A stretch of DNA of 64,000 nt from positions 1-64,000 of the IMG/VR virus record IMGVR_UViG_2509276064_000002; one strand, written 5' to 3'. A program made the position numbers and the translations under genes. Of the stretch, positions 1 through 9,194 are shown piece by piece (the first letter of the stretch is position 1; each line of letters begins with the position of its first letter). Under the pieces are notes generated by a model. That model had not been told where the DNA came from and ran no database searches. It was given only the letters and a program-made list of their open reading frames with translations. The DNA is from a virus. Lineage: Duplodnaviria > Caudoviricetes.

Positions 1-219
1 GTGAAGAAGACCGCGCTGATGGGGGTAGAGTTCTCCAGCTGGAAGGCCGGGGGACTGCTTCACCCGGCGGCGGCCGTCGAAGGCGATAATGCGGAGGTAC
101 GCGCGGCATTGCTGGCCGCGTTGCTGGAGCTGCAGGGCATGACGGTGGAAGTTGCGCCCTGCCGGGCCACCGACGGAAGCTTGATCTTTGTCGACGTGAG
201 TGCCGAGGCAGCAGCGTGA
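1..219 (+). CDS. Hypothetical phage protein, paralog of 8609..8827 (decayed prophage)
   Basis: Shares WKAGG...AAAV.G..AE.RA.LLAALLEL.GMTVEVAPCRATDGSLIFV with 8609..8827; may be cut at the window edge. Confidence 0.75.
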   Translation: MKKTALMGVEFSSWKAGGLLHPAAAVEGDNAEVRAALLAALLELQGMTVEVAPCRATDGSLIFVDVSAEAAA

Positions 220-360
220 GGCGCACAGTGCACGAACGGGCGGTGCTGGGCAGGCTGGATCAGCGCGCTCTTGATCGCCTGGGATGCCGCCCATAACCAA
301 CGGGATCTGTGCCGCGTCTCCCCTGCTTAATGGGCGGCATGAGCCTTTTGGGAGGGGAGT

Positions 361-573
361 TCAAACCAAGAAGGCCACCAAAAAACACAAGCCCGCCAGT
401 AGGGATAGCCCCCACAAGGCATACCGCACCATGGTACCGCGCACAAACAAGCCCAATCCGAGGAGGAAGAAGGCCAAGGCCAACGCGCTCAAGAGGACCA
501 CTGGGGCCAACACTACCTCAGTGTGGCGAATAGGAGGAGACGGGATTTCTCCTCGGCATTGGCTCCCGTTCAT
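361..573 (-). CDS. Small 2-TM membrane protein, paralog of 8982..9194
   Basis: ALALAFFLLGL.LF.RG.MVRYALWGLSLLAGLCF.VAFL shared with 8982..9194. Confidence 0.7.
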   Translation of the reverse strand: MNGSQCRGEIPSPPIRHTEVVLAPVVLLSALALAFFLLGLGLFVRGTMVRYALWGLSLLAGLCFLVAFLV

Positions 574-860
574 CTGATTCTCGGATAGCGCTCCACTTTA
601 TTAAAAACGACTCTCCGACTGCAAGTCAACGTGGGGCTTTTGTGAGAAGGAGTCATAGGGCGCGCTTCCCCTCATCGTTCCAAATTAAATGGATTTAGTT
701 CTTAATATAAGAATGTCACAAATAAGAAAGTTTGATTCACTTAAAATGTTGATTACCACTCAAGCAAGGCGTGATAGACACCATGCCGCTGTGACAATGC
801 TTCAGTCCGGGACAGCAAATGTCCTTCGTCTCCCTTCATGGGAAAGAGAGGAAATTATCC

Positions 861-1613
861 ATGTCCAGTCACTCAAGCATTTTGAAACTCGTCCTGGCCG
901 CCGCACTCCTTGCCTCCCCGGCTGCTGCCCAGCAGCAGAGCAGCACGATTCCCACAAATGTCAGGGCGCAAATTCAGGTGCTGCTCAGTCAGGCCAATAC
1001 GCCCGGATTTGAGGCCGCGTTGCGTTCGCTGCTTCAGCGGAACCCCACGCTCGTTGCGGCAATCGCTGCGAGCGCCGCACAGATACGTCCTGCACTCGCG
1101 GCAGAAATTACGCGAGTCGCTGTTCTCGCTGTTCCTGACGCTGCCGCTGCCATTGCCGGCTCCATCGCGAGGGTTGTTCCCGCACAAGCCGCGGCCATTG
1201 CAGCTGCAGCGGCCAAGGCGAGCCCTACAGCAGCAGCGGCCATTGCTGGGCAGGTTGCGCTTGCTGTTCCTGGGAGCGCAGCGGCGATCGCTGCCTCGGT
1301 GGCTCAGCAGGTCCCTGCAGCCGCTGCCCTGATCGCTCAAAAAGTCGCTCAAGCTGCTCCTGCAGCTGCAGCTGCCATTGCAGCTGCGGTCGCCACACAA
1401 GTTCCTGCCGCCGCGGCTTCTATCGCTGCCGCTGTCGTTCAGGCGGTACCCACGTCCGCTGCGGCAATTTCGAGCGCTGTAGGTGCAGCTGTACCATCAG
1501 CCGCGGCTGCCATCGCCTCTGCAGTCACCACTGCCCTGGCCAATCCCCTTCCCCTGGCACCGCTCGTCGACAACTCCACAAGGCCTATTACGCCTATCAC
1601 TCCCCGGACTTGA
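861..1613 (+). CDS. Secreted Ala-rich protein with ~10 tandem 15-aa repeats (cargo)
   Basis: RBS GAGAGG before ATG 861; signal peptide KLVLAAALLASPAAA|QQQ; repeats PxAAAAIAxxVAxxV. Confidence 0.8.
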   Translation: MSSHSSILKLVLAAALLASPAAAQQQSSTIPTNVRAQIQVLLSQANTPGFEAALRSLLQRNPTLVAAIAASAAQIRPALAAEITRVAVLAVPDAAAAIAGSIARVVPAQAAAIAAAAAKASPTAAAAIAGQVALAVPGSAAAIAASVAQQVPAAAALIAQKVAQAAPAAAAAIAAAVATQVPAAAASIAAAVVQAVPTSAAAISSAVGAAVPSAAAAIASAVTTALANPLPLAPLVDNSTRPITPITPRT

Positions 1614-1645
1614 GTGCCGGGCGCGCCACGTACAGTGGCGTAAAG

Positions 1646-1682
1646 AAAAAAGGCCCCACCCGCTGCGAGGCAAGGTGGGGCC
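1646..1682. terminator. Hairpin AAAAAAGGCCCCACCC-loop-GGTGGGGCC (cargo-boundary element)
   Basis: Stem GGCCCCACC/GGTGGGGCC; near-identical copy at 11789..11824, related copy at 9224..9262. Confidence 0.8.
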
Positions 1683-1761
1683 GTTCGTTTGGCGCAAGTT
1701 ACAGCAGCAAAGGTAAGGGCGCTTGTGGCCGGCCTACGAAGCAGCCCAGGATTGAAACAGC

Positions 1762-2040
1762 TTAGGTCAGTTGAGGTGCAAGCTCCACCGTCTCCATTGC
1801 CTCAGGAAGCGGGAGCGCTATGGTAGATAACGGCGGTAAGGACGTCCCCGGTACCCACCCCTCCCACAACAGGGAAAGTTGTTCAAATGCAGTAAAAACG
1901 ACAAAGAGAATGCCAAGTATTCCCAGGAGACCGAACGCAATCCAACAGGTGTTTAAAGCACAGTAGCACAGCGACATCATGAACAGGAGGGCAAGGCTGG
2001 GGGGGAGTTCCGTCCGCTTCTCACTGTTTATGTCAGTCAT
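1762..2040 (-). CDS. Small membrane protein (leaderless cargo)
   Basis: Two hydrophobic segments; TAAACT box 6 nt before ATG. Confidence 0.6.
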   Translation of the reverse strand: MTDINSEKRTELPPSLALLFMMSLCYCALNTCWIAFGLLGILGILFVVFTAFEQLSLLWEGWVPGTSLPPLSTIALPLPEAMETVELAPQLT

Positions 2041-2134
2041 AACAGCAGTTTAAAAAACGTCCCATTACAGCTTCCGCACTTGGCACTAATGTGGTTAGAT
2101 TACTTTCGCGAGTCTTGGTAGGCGACCGTTTGGA

Positions 2135-2291
2135 GGAACTCTCTCATCCGACGTCGGTTCTCGGTGACAAGCTTTTCACCTCAGTGAGTTGCATCCGTGG
2201 AGGGGTTTCCACAGTCACGTTTCAGCGTAACTGTGACATAGTCTTGCTCAACCGCTCTTGCAGACGTTCTTCGTTCGCTCTGTTTTGAACA
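2135..2291 (-). pseudogene. Degenerate copy of the GCEG-family ORF 12717..12872
   Basis: Translates ERLSKTMSQLR*NVTVETPPRMQLTEVKSLS versus QQLSKAMAALRRKVTVQTPPQVSVIQVRSLS; internal stop; ends approximate. Confidence 0.6.
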
Positions 2292-2371
2292 TTACAGTGC
2301 TGCCGTTTCATTAAAGGGCCTTGCTGTGAAGAACTCACCTCTGGGATTGGCCGTTAATCGCGCCTGCCTGC

Positions 2372-2887
2372 CGCTTCCTGACCACCGTGCGGTACAGCGC
2401 CTCCAGCCCCGCCACCGCAGCATCCGCTGGGGCGAACGGCCGAACCCAGAGCAGCAACAGCGGCACAGCGTACTGGCCAAACACCCGCCGAAGATCAGTA
2501 CCACTTGGGCGTCTGGACCCTTGCCCTTTGCGAGGGGCGCACCGTCACGTACGGTTAGGCTTACCACCCCGGCTACGCTCATTGTCAGCGATGGGGCCTC
2601 TGGGAAGCTCAGCCACCCAGCGCGGCCTTGATCTGATCGCTGCCACCGAGTACCTGGGGCAGCAGGCGGGTGAGCAGCGCCTCAAATTCCGTATTGCCGA
2701 GCGGCCCTGGGACAGGTGGAGTGGTTGAGGGTGGAGGCGTGAGGCGGGGCAGGGTGGGCAGCCCTTCCGGCGTGGCCTGGGGCCGTAGTGTGGCCGGAGG
2801 AAGCGGTGTGTGCAAGATGAAGGTGCCCACCGTCTTCCGGGCTTCGGGGATGGCCGGCACGAAATCAGAATCGGCGGGAGGGATCAT
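2372..2887 (-). pseudogene. Frameshifted homolog of lysis-region protein 12983..13504
   Basis: ALLTRLLPQVLGG.DQ.KAALG in one frame, VAGVVSL.VRDGAPL.KGK in another. Confidence 0.8.
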
Positions 2888-2957
2888 GGGTGCTCCTAGG
2901 AGGGCACAACCCTTACGCTGCGCAAGGGCTGGAAGAAAACGGGGTACGGTAATGGGC

Positions 2958-3341
2958 GTGAGACGCACAGTGTTGGCCTATTTGCTCCTGCTCACGTCCT
3001 GTCAGAAAAAAGACGAAGCCCCAGCAGGCACCCTGGTTCCCAAAAACCCTGGCGTCGGCGAAGTCATTGCCCTTCCAGCACCGATCACGGACGGCACCTC
3101 TCCCCCGTTTCGCCTCTCAGGAGGGAACTACGAACTTCGCGTTCGGCCCAAAGGGGCCTCCACTTGCAACAGCACCATCACGCTCCACCTTCACAACAAA
3201 TCCGCGATCAAGGCGCAGGCACAGGTTGAAAAAGCACGGAACGTGGACTGGCCGGGCATGCGTGCAGGGGTGTATGTCCTCACGGTCGATGTCGGAACAC
3301 AACCTTGTGCCTATGACCTACAACTCACCCGGCGAAGCTGA
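2958..3341 (+). CDS. Lipoprotein moron (beta-rich, probably Ig-like)
   Basis: RRTVLAYLLLLTSC lipobox; TACGGT 7 nt before GTG 2958 (ATG 2952 is an alternative start); absent at the homologous junction near 13505. Confidence 0.75.
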   Translation: MRRTVLAYLLLLTSCQKKDEAPAGTLVPKNPGVGEVIALPAPITDGTSPPFRLSGGNYELRVRPKGASTCNSTITLHLHNKSAIKAQAQVEKARNVDWPGMRAGVYVLTVDVGTQPCAYDLQLTRRS

Positions 3342-3666
3342 TTCACGGGCCCGCACATCAGGGAGAGGCGGTGTGGGGACCTGCTGCACCGGGTCTGCCG
3401 GGTCCACTGAAACAGGCGCGATACCGTTTGCCGCCTTCGCCCTATCTGCAAAGATGCTGCGCAGGGTATGGGACGCCGAGCATCGCCAATACAGCCGTCG
3501 GAAGCTCGGCGGTCATCGCCGCCGCTTTCCGGCCGGTGAAGTGGGCGTGCAGGTACACGCCCAGGATCACGCAGAAGCCCGTCGCGCCCAGCACCAGGGT
3601 GTAGAGCCCGCCCATCGTGCCTGGAACAGGACGCGCTGCAGTCAAGGGCATCTCTTCTCCAGACAT
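3342..3666 (-). pseudogene. Remnant of holin-like gene (homolog of 13513..13863) fused to the start of the 15098..15526 gene by deletion of the endolysin block
   Basis: VPGTMGGLYTLVLGATGF matches VPGTTGGLYTLVPGATGF; flank CATGACGAACTGC.CAGGG matches 15545-15565. Confidence 0.7.
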
Positions 3667-3785
3667 GACGAACTGCTCAGGGGCCGGAGTGGACCTGGGC
3701 AGGGGCACGTACGGCCTCAGAGTTGGCGACGCGTGACAGGCGGGATGAAAAACCCCCGCGCTGGTCGGGGGCAGAGAGAGTACCG

Positions 3786-3905
3786 TTACTCGTCGCGGGG
3801 TGGAGCGGGCTCATCTCGGCGAAGCCATGCGGTGACCCCCAGAACCAGCAGGAGCAGCACATTCAACTCGATCCAAGCCCATGTCACAGAGGGCACAAGT
3901 TGCAT
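3786..3905 (-). CDS. 39-aa single-TM peptide MQLVPSVTWAWIELNVLLLLVLGVTAWLRRDEPAPPRDE
   Basis: Read by hand (below ORF-track cutoff); AT-rich upstream region; flanked by two copies of a terminator hairpin. Confidence 0.55.
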   Translation of the reverse strand: MQLVPSVTWAWIELNVLLLLVLGVTAWLRRDEPAPPRDE

Positions 3906-4040
3906 GATCACACCAATTTATGCTGTTGAGTACAGGTTTTCCGTTAATAAGATAACAATCAGGTTTCCTTGTACCTCTCTGCTCCCCGGCCAGAAGCGAA
4001 ACCCCCACGCAAGGCGGGGGCACTGGACGTTGGGAGGAAT

Positions 4041-4226
4041 TTAGCCTTCGCACCCCAAGGCGCGCATCACGTCGTCGAAGTCAATCGGACGCTGCGCATG
4101 AAGAAGCATTCCAAGCTGTTGTGCCTGTTCCCGAACCACCACGCTTGCTTGAACAGCAGGCGCAGCGGGAACCGGGCGGTGCAATGCCACCGCTAACCGC
4201 TGGAAGGGATTGGGGAACTGAAGCAT
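4041..4226 (-). CDS. Small protein of the C-terminal RALGCEG family, paralog of 15982..16221
   Basis: PNPFQ.L.......PVP.A.PA...VDFDDV.RALGCEG shared. Confidence 0.65.
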   Translation of the reverse strand: MLQFPNPFQRLAVALHRPVPAAPAVQASVVVREQAQQLGMLLHAQRPIDFDDVMRALGCEG

Positions 4227-4452
4227 GGGTTAAGGTGACAAGGTTGTGAAAAAAATTTCGCAAAAAGGCGTCTTTTTCGTCTCTTAGGGCTTAAGAAGGC
4301 ACTCGGGCTCTCCTCATCCTTCCACTACGGAAACCCCGCACAAGACCCTTGCCCGAGCAGGAATGGAAAACTCCCGCGCAGGGCGAGGGCTGGCCTGATT
4401 CTGCAGGGTATTGATACCGGCTTGAATTTCAGACGACTGGCATGCTGTCGTC

Positions 4453-4818
4453 GTGGTGCAGGTCTGGCGCCCCTCGAGGCTGAGCCGTACGCAACCCGGA
4501 GAACAACGGCGGTATGCGCAGCAACTTCTTTACGATCCTGAAATGACCGAACCCGTCATCGCTGAGACCGCCGGTGTCTCAGAAAGCACTGTGCGGACTC
4601 GGAAACAGCGGTCGCGAGAACGAGGCAGCCTCGAGGCCACGCGGACCACTGGTCCTGGACGGCGCCTGAGCGCCAAAGAACTCAAGCAGCTCCAGATCGC
4701 CGCATGCTGTAGGGATGAGCGCTGGACCACCTCCCGCGTGCGGGAGGTCATCGGGATGCAGTTCGCGGTGTGGTACCACGTCAATCACGCGAGGAAGGTG
4801 CTGCATCAGCTGGGGTAA
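4453..4818 (+). mobile_element. IS630-family transposase N-terminal fragment (truncated)
   Basis: HTH IAETAGVSESTVR plus WTTSRVREVIGMQFAVWYHVNHARKVLHQLG winged-HTH typical of IS630 ORF A; no DDE domain follows. Confidence 0.7.
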
Positions 4819-5309
4819 GGTCGCTCAGGGCGCCGCTCGCGTCAACGAAGAGGCGAGTGGCTTCCGCTTCAAACCCACAGCCACCCGAACCTGAGCTCCC
4901 CGTCGTGGATCAGGCCCATGGGCCCGGCCTTGCGCCTAATCCTGTCGAGGTAACCCACTGGATCATCGGCGCGGCTGATTGAGCGGGTGCTGAGGCGGAC
5001 ACGTCACCCACCGAATACGGACGCGGGTGTAGGTGACGAACCCCACGCCCTGCCCATAGTTGCCCACAACGCCCTTCATGGGGCGGTTGCCGCTGCTCCC
5101 AGTGGGTGCTGTGAGGCACTTACTGCGTGTGACGGTCTCTCAGCGCTGCAGGACTTGATACCACGCTTCGCGGCCGAGGTGCGGGCGCCACGGGTGAGGT
5201 CGCGCTCTGTAGGGCGTATTCCCTCTGGCGTCCGGAGGATGCGCCAGTTCACAGGGCGGGAGCGCATTTTTGCCTGCGCCCCTTCCTCTCCTGCCGTAGG
5301 GTTGGAGCC

Positions 5310-5644
5310 ATGCAAGAGCACCTGACCTTCTGGAAGTGGCTTCTGATCATGCTGCCCGGTCTGACGGGTTACCTCATTTTCTTCGTTGCCCTGATTGCTG
5401 TGTGGCCCTACAGGAAACAGCTGACCGCTCCGTGGAGTCAGCTCCTGCCCATCGGAGCATTCTCGCGGCATTCTTGGCACGGGGCGCTCTTGAACGCTTC
5501 CCCCTCTTTCAGGAAGGCCAGAGAACACGAGGCAGCTCCTTCTGGGCTCGCAACTGGCAGCAGGACCCTCAACTCAGCTGGGCCCTGTTCCTGGTGCTTT
5601 TCTCTGGCTCCGGGCTCTTGACCTTGGCCTTCACAGGGTTCTGA
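5310..5644 (+). pseudogene. Frameshifted membrane-protein gene
   Basis: N-terminal TM in frame 5310; C-terminal TM LSWALFLVLFSGSGLLTLAFTGF in frame 5336; TAGGGT 7 nt before ATG. Confidence 0.5.
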
Positions 5645-6112
5645 AAATTAGGCCAGCTCCAGGCGCGCGAGAGCGGGAGTCATTTCAGCTTCCCCAGGCG
5701 GCGCAGGATTTCACCGGCTGGCCTGGCCGAGTCTGCCAAACCAACACGGGCGGCGTGCACGTCGCGTACTGCCTTGGCTGGTCCTGAGGAGTAGAGCTCG
5801 GCGAGCACCTTTCTGACAATGACGTCAACGGGCTTGTTCAGCGCGTCTTGCAGCTGCCGGGAATCGACCACCACAGAGGTTTCGTCGGCCTCCAGTTTGG
5901 CGGGGGCCGTCACGAGGTCCACCCTGCCTTTGCGCGCAGACAGAAACTTCCGGCTCGGACCGGTTCAACGTTCGTCATGGGATTCGCCAGTGGAGCAGGC
6001 CTGAACCCACCCCCTTTCGTTCAGGCGCTGGGCTGCGTGCCGCCATCCGGCTGGCTGGGCGGGAAGGGCAAGTCAATGTCCGTTTCGTACATGCCTTCCA
6101 GTGCGCCGCTGG

Positions 6113-6358
6113 TCAGCAGCCGGTCCTGGTTCTGGAGCAGCAGCACCCTCTGCACCCCTGCCCTCTCCGCTGAGCTGGGCCTTGATGTAGGCCTGGACGG
6201 CGGAGGTGGAGCGGGGACTTCTCGCTGTACTTCGCGGTCACGCCCGCCTTACGCTTCTTGAAGGTGGCGAGATAGGCAGCAGCCAGCACCCGGTCTTTGC
6301 CGGAGAGGGCCGTGCCCAACTCCTCGACGGTCTTGGGTTGTGCCTCAGGATTGGACAC
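6113..6358 (-). pseudogene. Terminase small subunit remnant
   Basis: EELG.ALS.KDRVLA.AYLATF.KRKAG...KYSE matches 55366..56088; 8-nt deletion between CGTCCA repeats shifts QAYIKA out of frame. Confidence 0.85.
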
Positions 6359-6387
6359 GGATCACCTCCTTTGGCATAGGGTGAGGA

Positions 6388-6618
6388 ATGGAACGCATTC
6401 AGACGCACGTTGCAATTGACGACATCACATCGCCAATCCAACGCTTGGCTTTGCCCTCAGAACACTTTACAACTGAAGAGCAACAACTGCTCCGGATAAT
6501 CACAGGCGACAACGTCCTATTGCACACGAACGCAGGATGGCGACGATTCATCGTGGTTCATTCGGACAAGGACCATTTTGAGTTTGAGAGCTCCGGAAGG
6601 CCTGCTGAACACGCCTGA
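6388..6618 (+). CDS. Small hypothetical moron
   Basis: TAGGGT 5 nt before ATG; same slot as 56125..56388 (opposite strand, upstream of terS). Confidence 0.6.
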   Translation: MERIQTHVAIDDITSPIQRLALPSEHFTTEEQQLLRIITGDNVLLHTNAGWRRFIVVHSDKDHFEFESSGRPAEHA

Positions 6619-6686
6619 ACTCTACCAGTGTTCTCACCCCTACCTATGAAAAAGCCCCTGAAAAAGAGTCAGGTACGCTTCCTTGG

Positions 6687-6899
6687 TTACTCGTCTGCAA
6701 TAATTTGCATTTTCGCAATGAGGTCCATGCTGATCCTGTAAGGGTCCTTCTTTCCTCCACCAAAATCAATACAGAGGACGGTGGGGCCGATTCGATCCAT
6801 GAAGTTGGCGAACGTCGCAAGGTATCCCTCAAGAACACTCTGTGATCCGTGATACGTGTGGACCATCCCGTTTTGTCTGGTAATTTCCAGGTGGGGCAT
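6687..6899 (-). CDS. Small hypothetical moron
   Basis: TATGGT 5 nt before ATG; AT-richer; positional analog of 56676..56912. Confidence 0.6.
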   Translation of the reverse strand: MPHLEITRQNGMVHTYHGSQSVLEGYLATFANFMDRIGPTVLCIDFGGGKKDPYRISMDLIAKMQIIADE

Positions 6900-6949
6900 C
6901 CCTCACCATACTTGTACCTTCCCCTTGATCACTGGTATTGCCTCATACC

Positions 6950-7190
6950 TCAGCTCAACTGGGATGCTTCGCAGCACCGGCTCTAACCCCAGCCCCTGCA
7001 GATAGAACGGTTCCCGGACCGTCTGCTGCTCGAACGTCCTCGGCGTTGCCGATCAGTTCCCGGATGGAGCGGGCCTCGAAGACCGGTATGGTATCCCGCC
7101 GCGCTCCTCGTCAAAGAAGTCACTCCCATCTATGCTCGCGCGAAGGCTGAGGCGCGCCCGTACCTTAGCCGAAGACGGAGGCAAGTCACC
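6950..7190 (-). pseudogene. Scrambled fragments of terS (ARLSLRASIDGSDFF) and of the gene upstream of terS
   Basis: 7110-7160 matches 55805-55855; 6993-7045 matches 56453-56505; ends approximate. Confidence 0.65.
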
Positions 7191-7523
7191 CTCGCATCCC
7201 CTTGCCTGCCGCCCCCCTGGAAGCCCTGCAGGTTCATAGAGCGAGAGAGTGAACCGGCCGCCGAGGACTGGAAAGAGCACGCGCTGGCGTTTTCCACGCG
7301 TCTGGGCACCATCGACCACCCCCATGGTCTACCAGGGCCTGGACCCCGAGGCCATTGCAGACGGCAGGGACTACAGCCGGTCGAGCGTCACCCTAGACAT
7401 GTGCGCCATGTGTTTGAACAGCAGCGGGAGAAGGCCGCGCTGACCCTCACGCCGCTGGTGAACCGGAAGGACTTCAAGACGGGTGACCCGCTGCTGCAAT
7501 TGGGGGATTGCTGCTGGAGGGGG

Positions 7524-7550
7524 AAAAGAAAAACGCCCTCCAGGAGGGCG
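7524..7550 (-). terminator. Intrinsic terminator downstream of the tRNA 3' fragment
   Basis: CGCCCTC-CAG-GAGGGCG stem followed by TTTTTCTTTT on the minus strand. Confidence 0.85.
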
Positions 7551-7555
7551 CCTTT

Positions 7556-7600
<45 letters not shown>

Positions 7601-7613
7601 CACATCCATACCC

Positions 7614-7706
7614 GTTGAGGTCTGCTGAGGTCTGTTGAGGTTAGGTGCGCTGCGAGCCGTTTTTTTGGCTTTTTGACCCCTACCACTTTGAGGTCCGTTG
7701 AGGTCT
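7614..7706. repeat. Five 10-bp repeats GTTGAGGTCT-like, probable integrase arm-type sites
   Basis: 7614, 7624 and 7634 in tandem; 7687 and 7697 in tandem; next to the att core. Confidence 0.7.
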
Positions 7707-7793
7707 CTGACGACTGCGTAGGAGTCAGAATAGTCGTCACCCTTTTGCCACCGCTCCCTTATGGCTACTGCTTGGGCTGAAGCAGGGGCTGTA

Positions 7794-8033
7794 CTACCTC
7801 CGCTCCAATTCTTCGGCGAGGGGAATAGGTGCGTCTAGTTTGGGCTGAAGCACGATCTCCATGCCCAGGGCATCAGCCAGGGCTGTCCAGCGATCTGGCA
7901 TCTTGCCGATTGCCCCACTCAGCATCTGGCTGACATGGGTGCGGGGGATGCCTGCGCGCTCACCCAACTGCTCTTGGGTGAGTCCTTGCTTCTTCATGGC
8001 TTCTCTGGCCTGCAGCCGTATGCGGTCGTTCAT
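7794..8033 (-). CDS. XRE/Cro-C1 HTH regulator
   Basis: MKKQGLTQEQLGERAGIPRTHVSQMLSG helix-turn-helix. Confidence 0.85.
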   Translation of the reverse strand: MNDRIRLQAREAMKKQGLTQEQLGERAGIPRTHVSQMLSGAIGKMPDRWTALADALGMEIVLQPKLDAPIPLAEELERR

Positions 8034-8072
8034 ACCCAGATAGTACCTCTACCGCGTACCGTACACAAATGT

Positions 8073-8101
8073 TTGACATACGTACACGATTCGCGTACTA
8101 T
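8073..8101 (+). promoter_or_regulatory. Sigma70 promoter TTGACA-N17-TACTAT, divergent from the XRE gene
   Basis: Near-consensus hexamers with 17-bp spacing; repeated CGTAC motifs nearby may be operators. Confidence 0.8.
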
Positions 8102-8180
8102 AAGGACAGCAGAAAAGCCGGGTCCCCTTCGAAAAGTCCCCGGTCTTCTGACTCCCCTAGCACCTAGCACAAGGAGCACC

Positions 8181-8612
8181 ATGAACATTACCACCCCCCG
8201 CGCCAAGACAATCACCTACAAGGCCCGCGTTGCTGATGTCGAGTACGGCGTGATTCGCAGCGTCACCACCCACTTCGTGACGCTGGCCCGGGATCACAGC
8301 GGCAACCTGAGCGCGATCGTGGACGGGGAGAACATGAACTTCGTGGAGGCCTCCCGCCTGTTGGACCGTGCTTCCCAGGTCGAGAAGATCGAGGAAGTCA
8401 TCCTGCCCGCTCCGGCTCCCATCGGGAACCCCGCGGCTCACCAGCTGCACCGCACGCTGGGCCGCCTGGGCTACCGCAACCACTACGCGCTGGCCAGTGA
8501 GGTCCTGGGCCGCACGGTGACCAGCTTGGCCGCCCTGACGGCGGAGGATGCGGCTACGGTGCGCAGCTACGCCTTCGGGCAGCTCGGCTTGGAGACGGAG
8601 CTGGCAGCGTGA
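8181..8612 (+). CDS. Hypothetical phage protein
   Basis: RBS AAGGAG; GC3-rich codons; stop overlaps the next start. Confidence 0.8.
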   Translation: MNITTPRAKTITYKARVADVEYGVIRSVTTHFVTLARDHSGNLSAIVDGENMNFVEASRLLDRASQVEKIEEVILPAPAPIGNPAAHQLHRTLGRLGYRNHYALASEVLGRTVTSLAALTAEDAATVRSYAFGQLGLETELAA

Positions 8613-8827
8613 AGCAGATCGAGTTGATGGGCGTGACCCTCTCCGGCTGGAAGGCCGGAGGCATGGTTCACCTGGCGGCAGCCGTCGATGGAGCGGATGC
8701 GGAGGCGCGCGCCTCCCTCCTCGCAGCGTTGCTCGAACTGAAGGGCATGACGGTGGAGGTGGCGCCGTGCCGGGCCACGGACGGGAGCCTGATCTTCGTG
8801 AACGTGAATGCAGAGGTGGCGGCGTGA
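8609..8827 (+). CDS. Hypothetical phage protein, paralog of 1..219
   Basis: GTGA coupling with the upstream gene; protein-level conservation. Confidence 0.8.
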   Translation: MKQIELMGVTLSGWKAGGMVHLAAAVDGADAEARASLLAALLELKGMTVEVAPCRATDGSLIFVNVNAEVAA

Positions 8828-8841
8828 GCGGGGCACGGTAC

Positions 8842-8976
8842 ATGAGCGGGCGGTGCTGGGCTGGGCGCACCGGTGCCCTCCTGATCGCTTGGGATGCGGC
8901 CCAGTACCAGCGGGACCTGTGCCGGATCTCCCCTGCTTACCGGGCGGCACGTGGAACTTGGGGAGGCTTGGCGTGA
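8842..8976 (+). CDS. 44-aa peptide MSGRCWAG...ALLIAWDAAQYQRDLCRISPA
   Basis: Frame conserved in the remnant (~230-330: GRCWAGWISALLIAWDAAHNQRDLCRVSPA), where ATG has become ACG. Confidence 0.55.
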   Translation: MSGRCWAGRTGALLIAWDAAQYQRDLCRISPAYRAARGTWGGLA

Positions 8977-8981
8977 AGGGT

Positions 8982-9194
8982 TCAAAGCAGGAAGGCCACG
9001 AAAAAACACAGGCCCGCCAGCAGAGACAATCCCCACAGGGCATACCGGACCATGGCACCGCGAAGGAACAACGCCAGGCCCAGAAGGAAGAAGGCCAAGG
9101 CCAACGCGCCTAGGAGCAGCACGGGGACGAACATCGGCTTAGTGTGAAAAGTGTGACCAGCCAGTATTTCTGTCCGGTATTGACGCCCGTTCAT
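8982..9194 (-). CDS. Small 2-TM membrane protein
   Basis: Paralog of 361..573. Confidence 0.7.
   Translation of the reverse strand: MNGRQYRTEILAGHTFHTKPMFVPVLLLGALALAFFLLGLALFLRGAMVRYALWGLSLLAGLCFFVAFLL

Noticed and set aside
2215-2235. DdrO radiation-response motif (RDRM)-like TCACG-N6-CGTAA
   Set aside because: One base short of the 17-bp palindrome and inside a pseudogene; no convincing RDRM was found by eye elsewhere
4820-5300. ORFs between the IS630 relic and 5310
   Set aside because: Overlapping short frames without motifs or start signals
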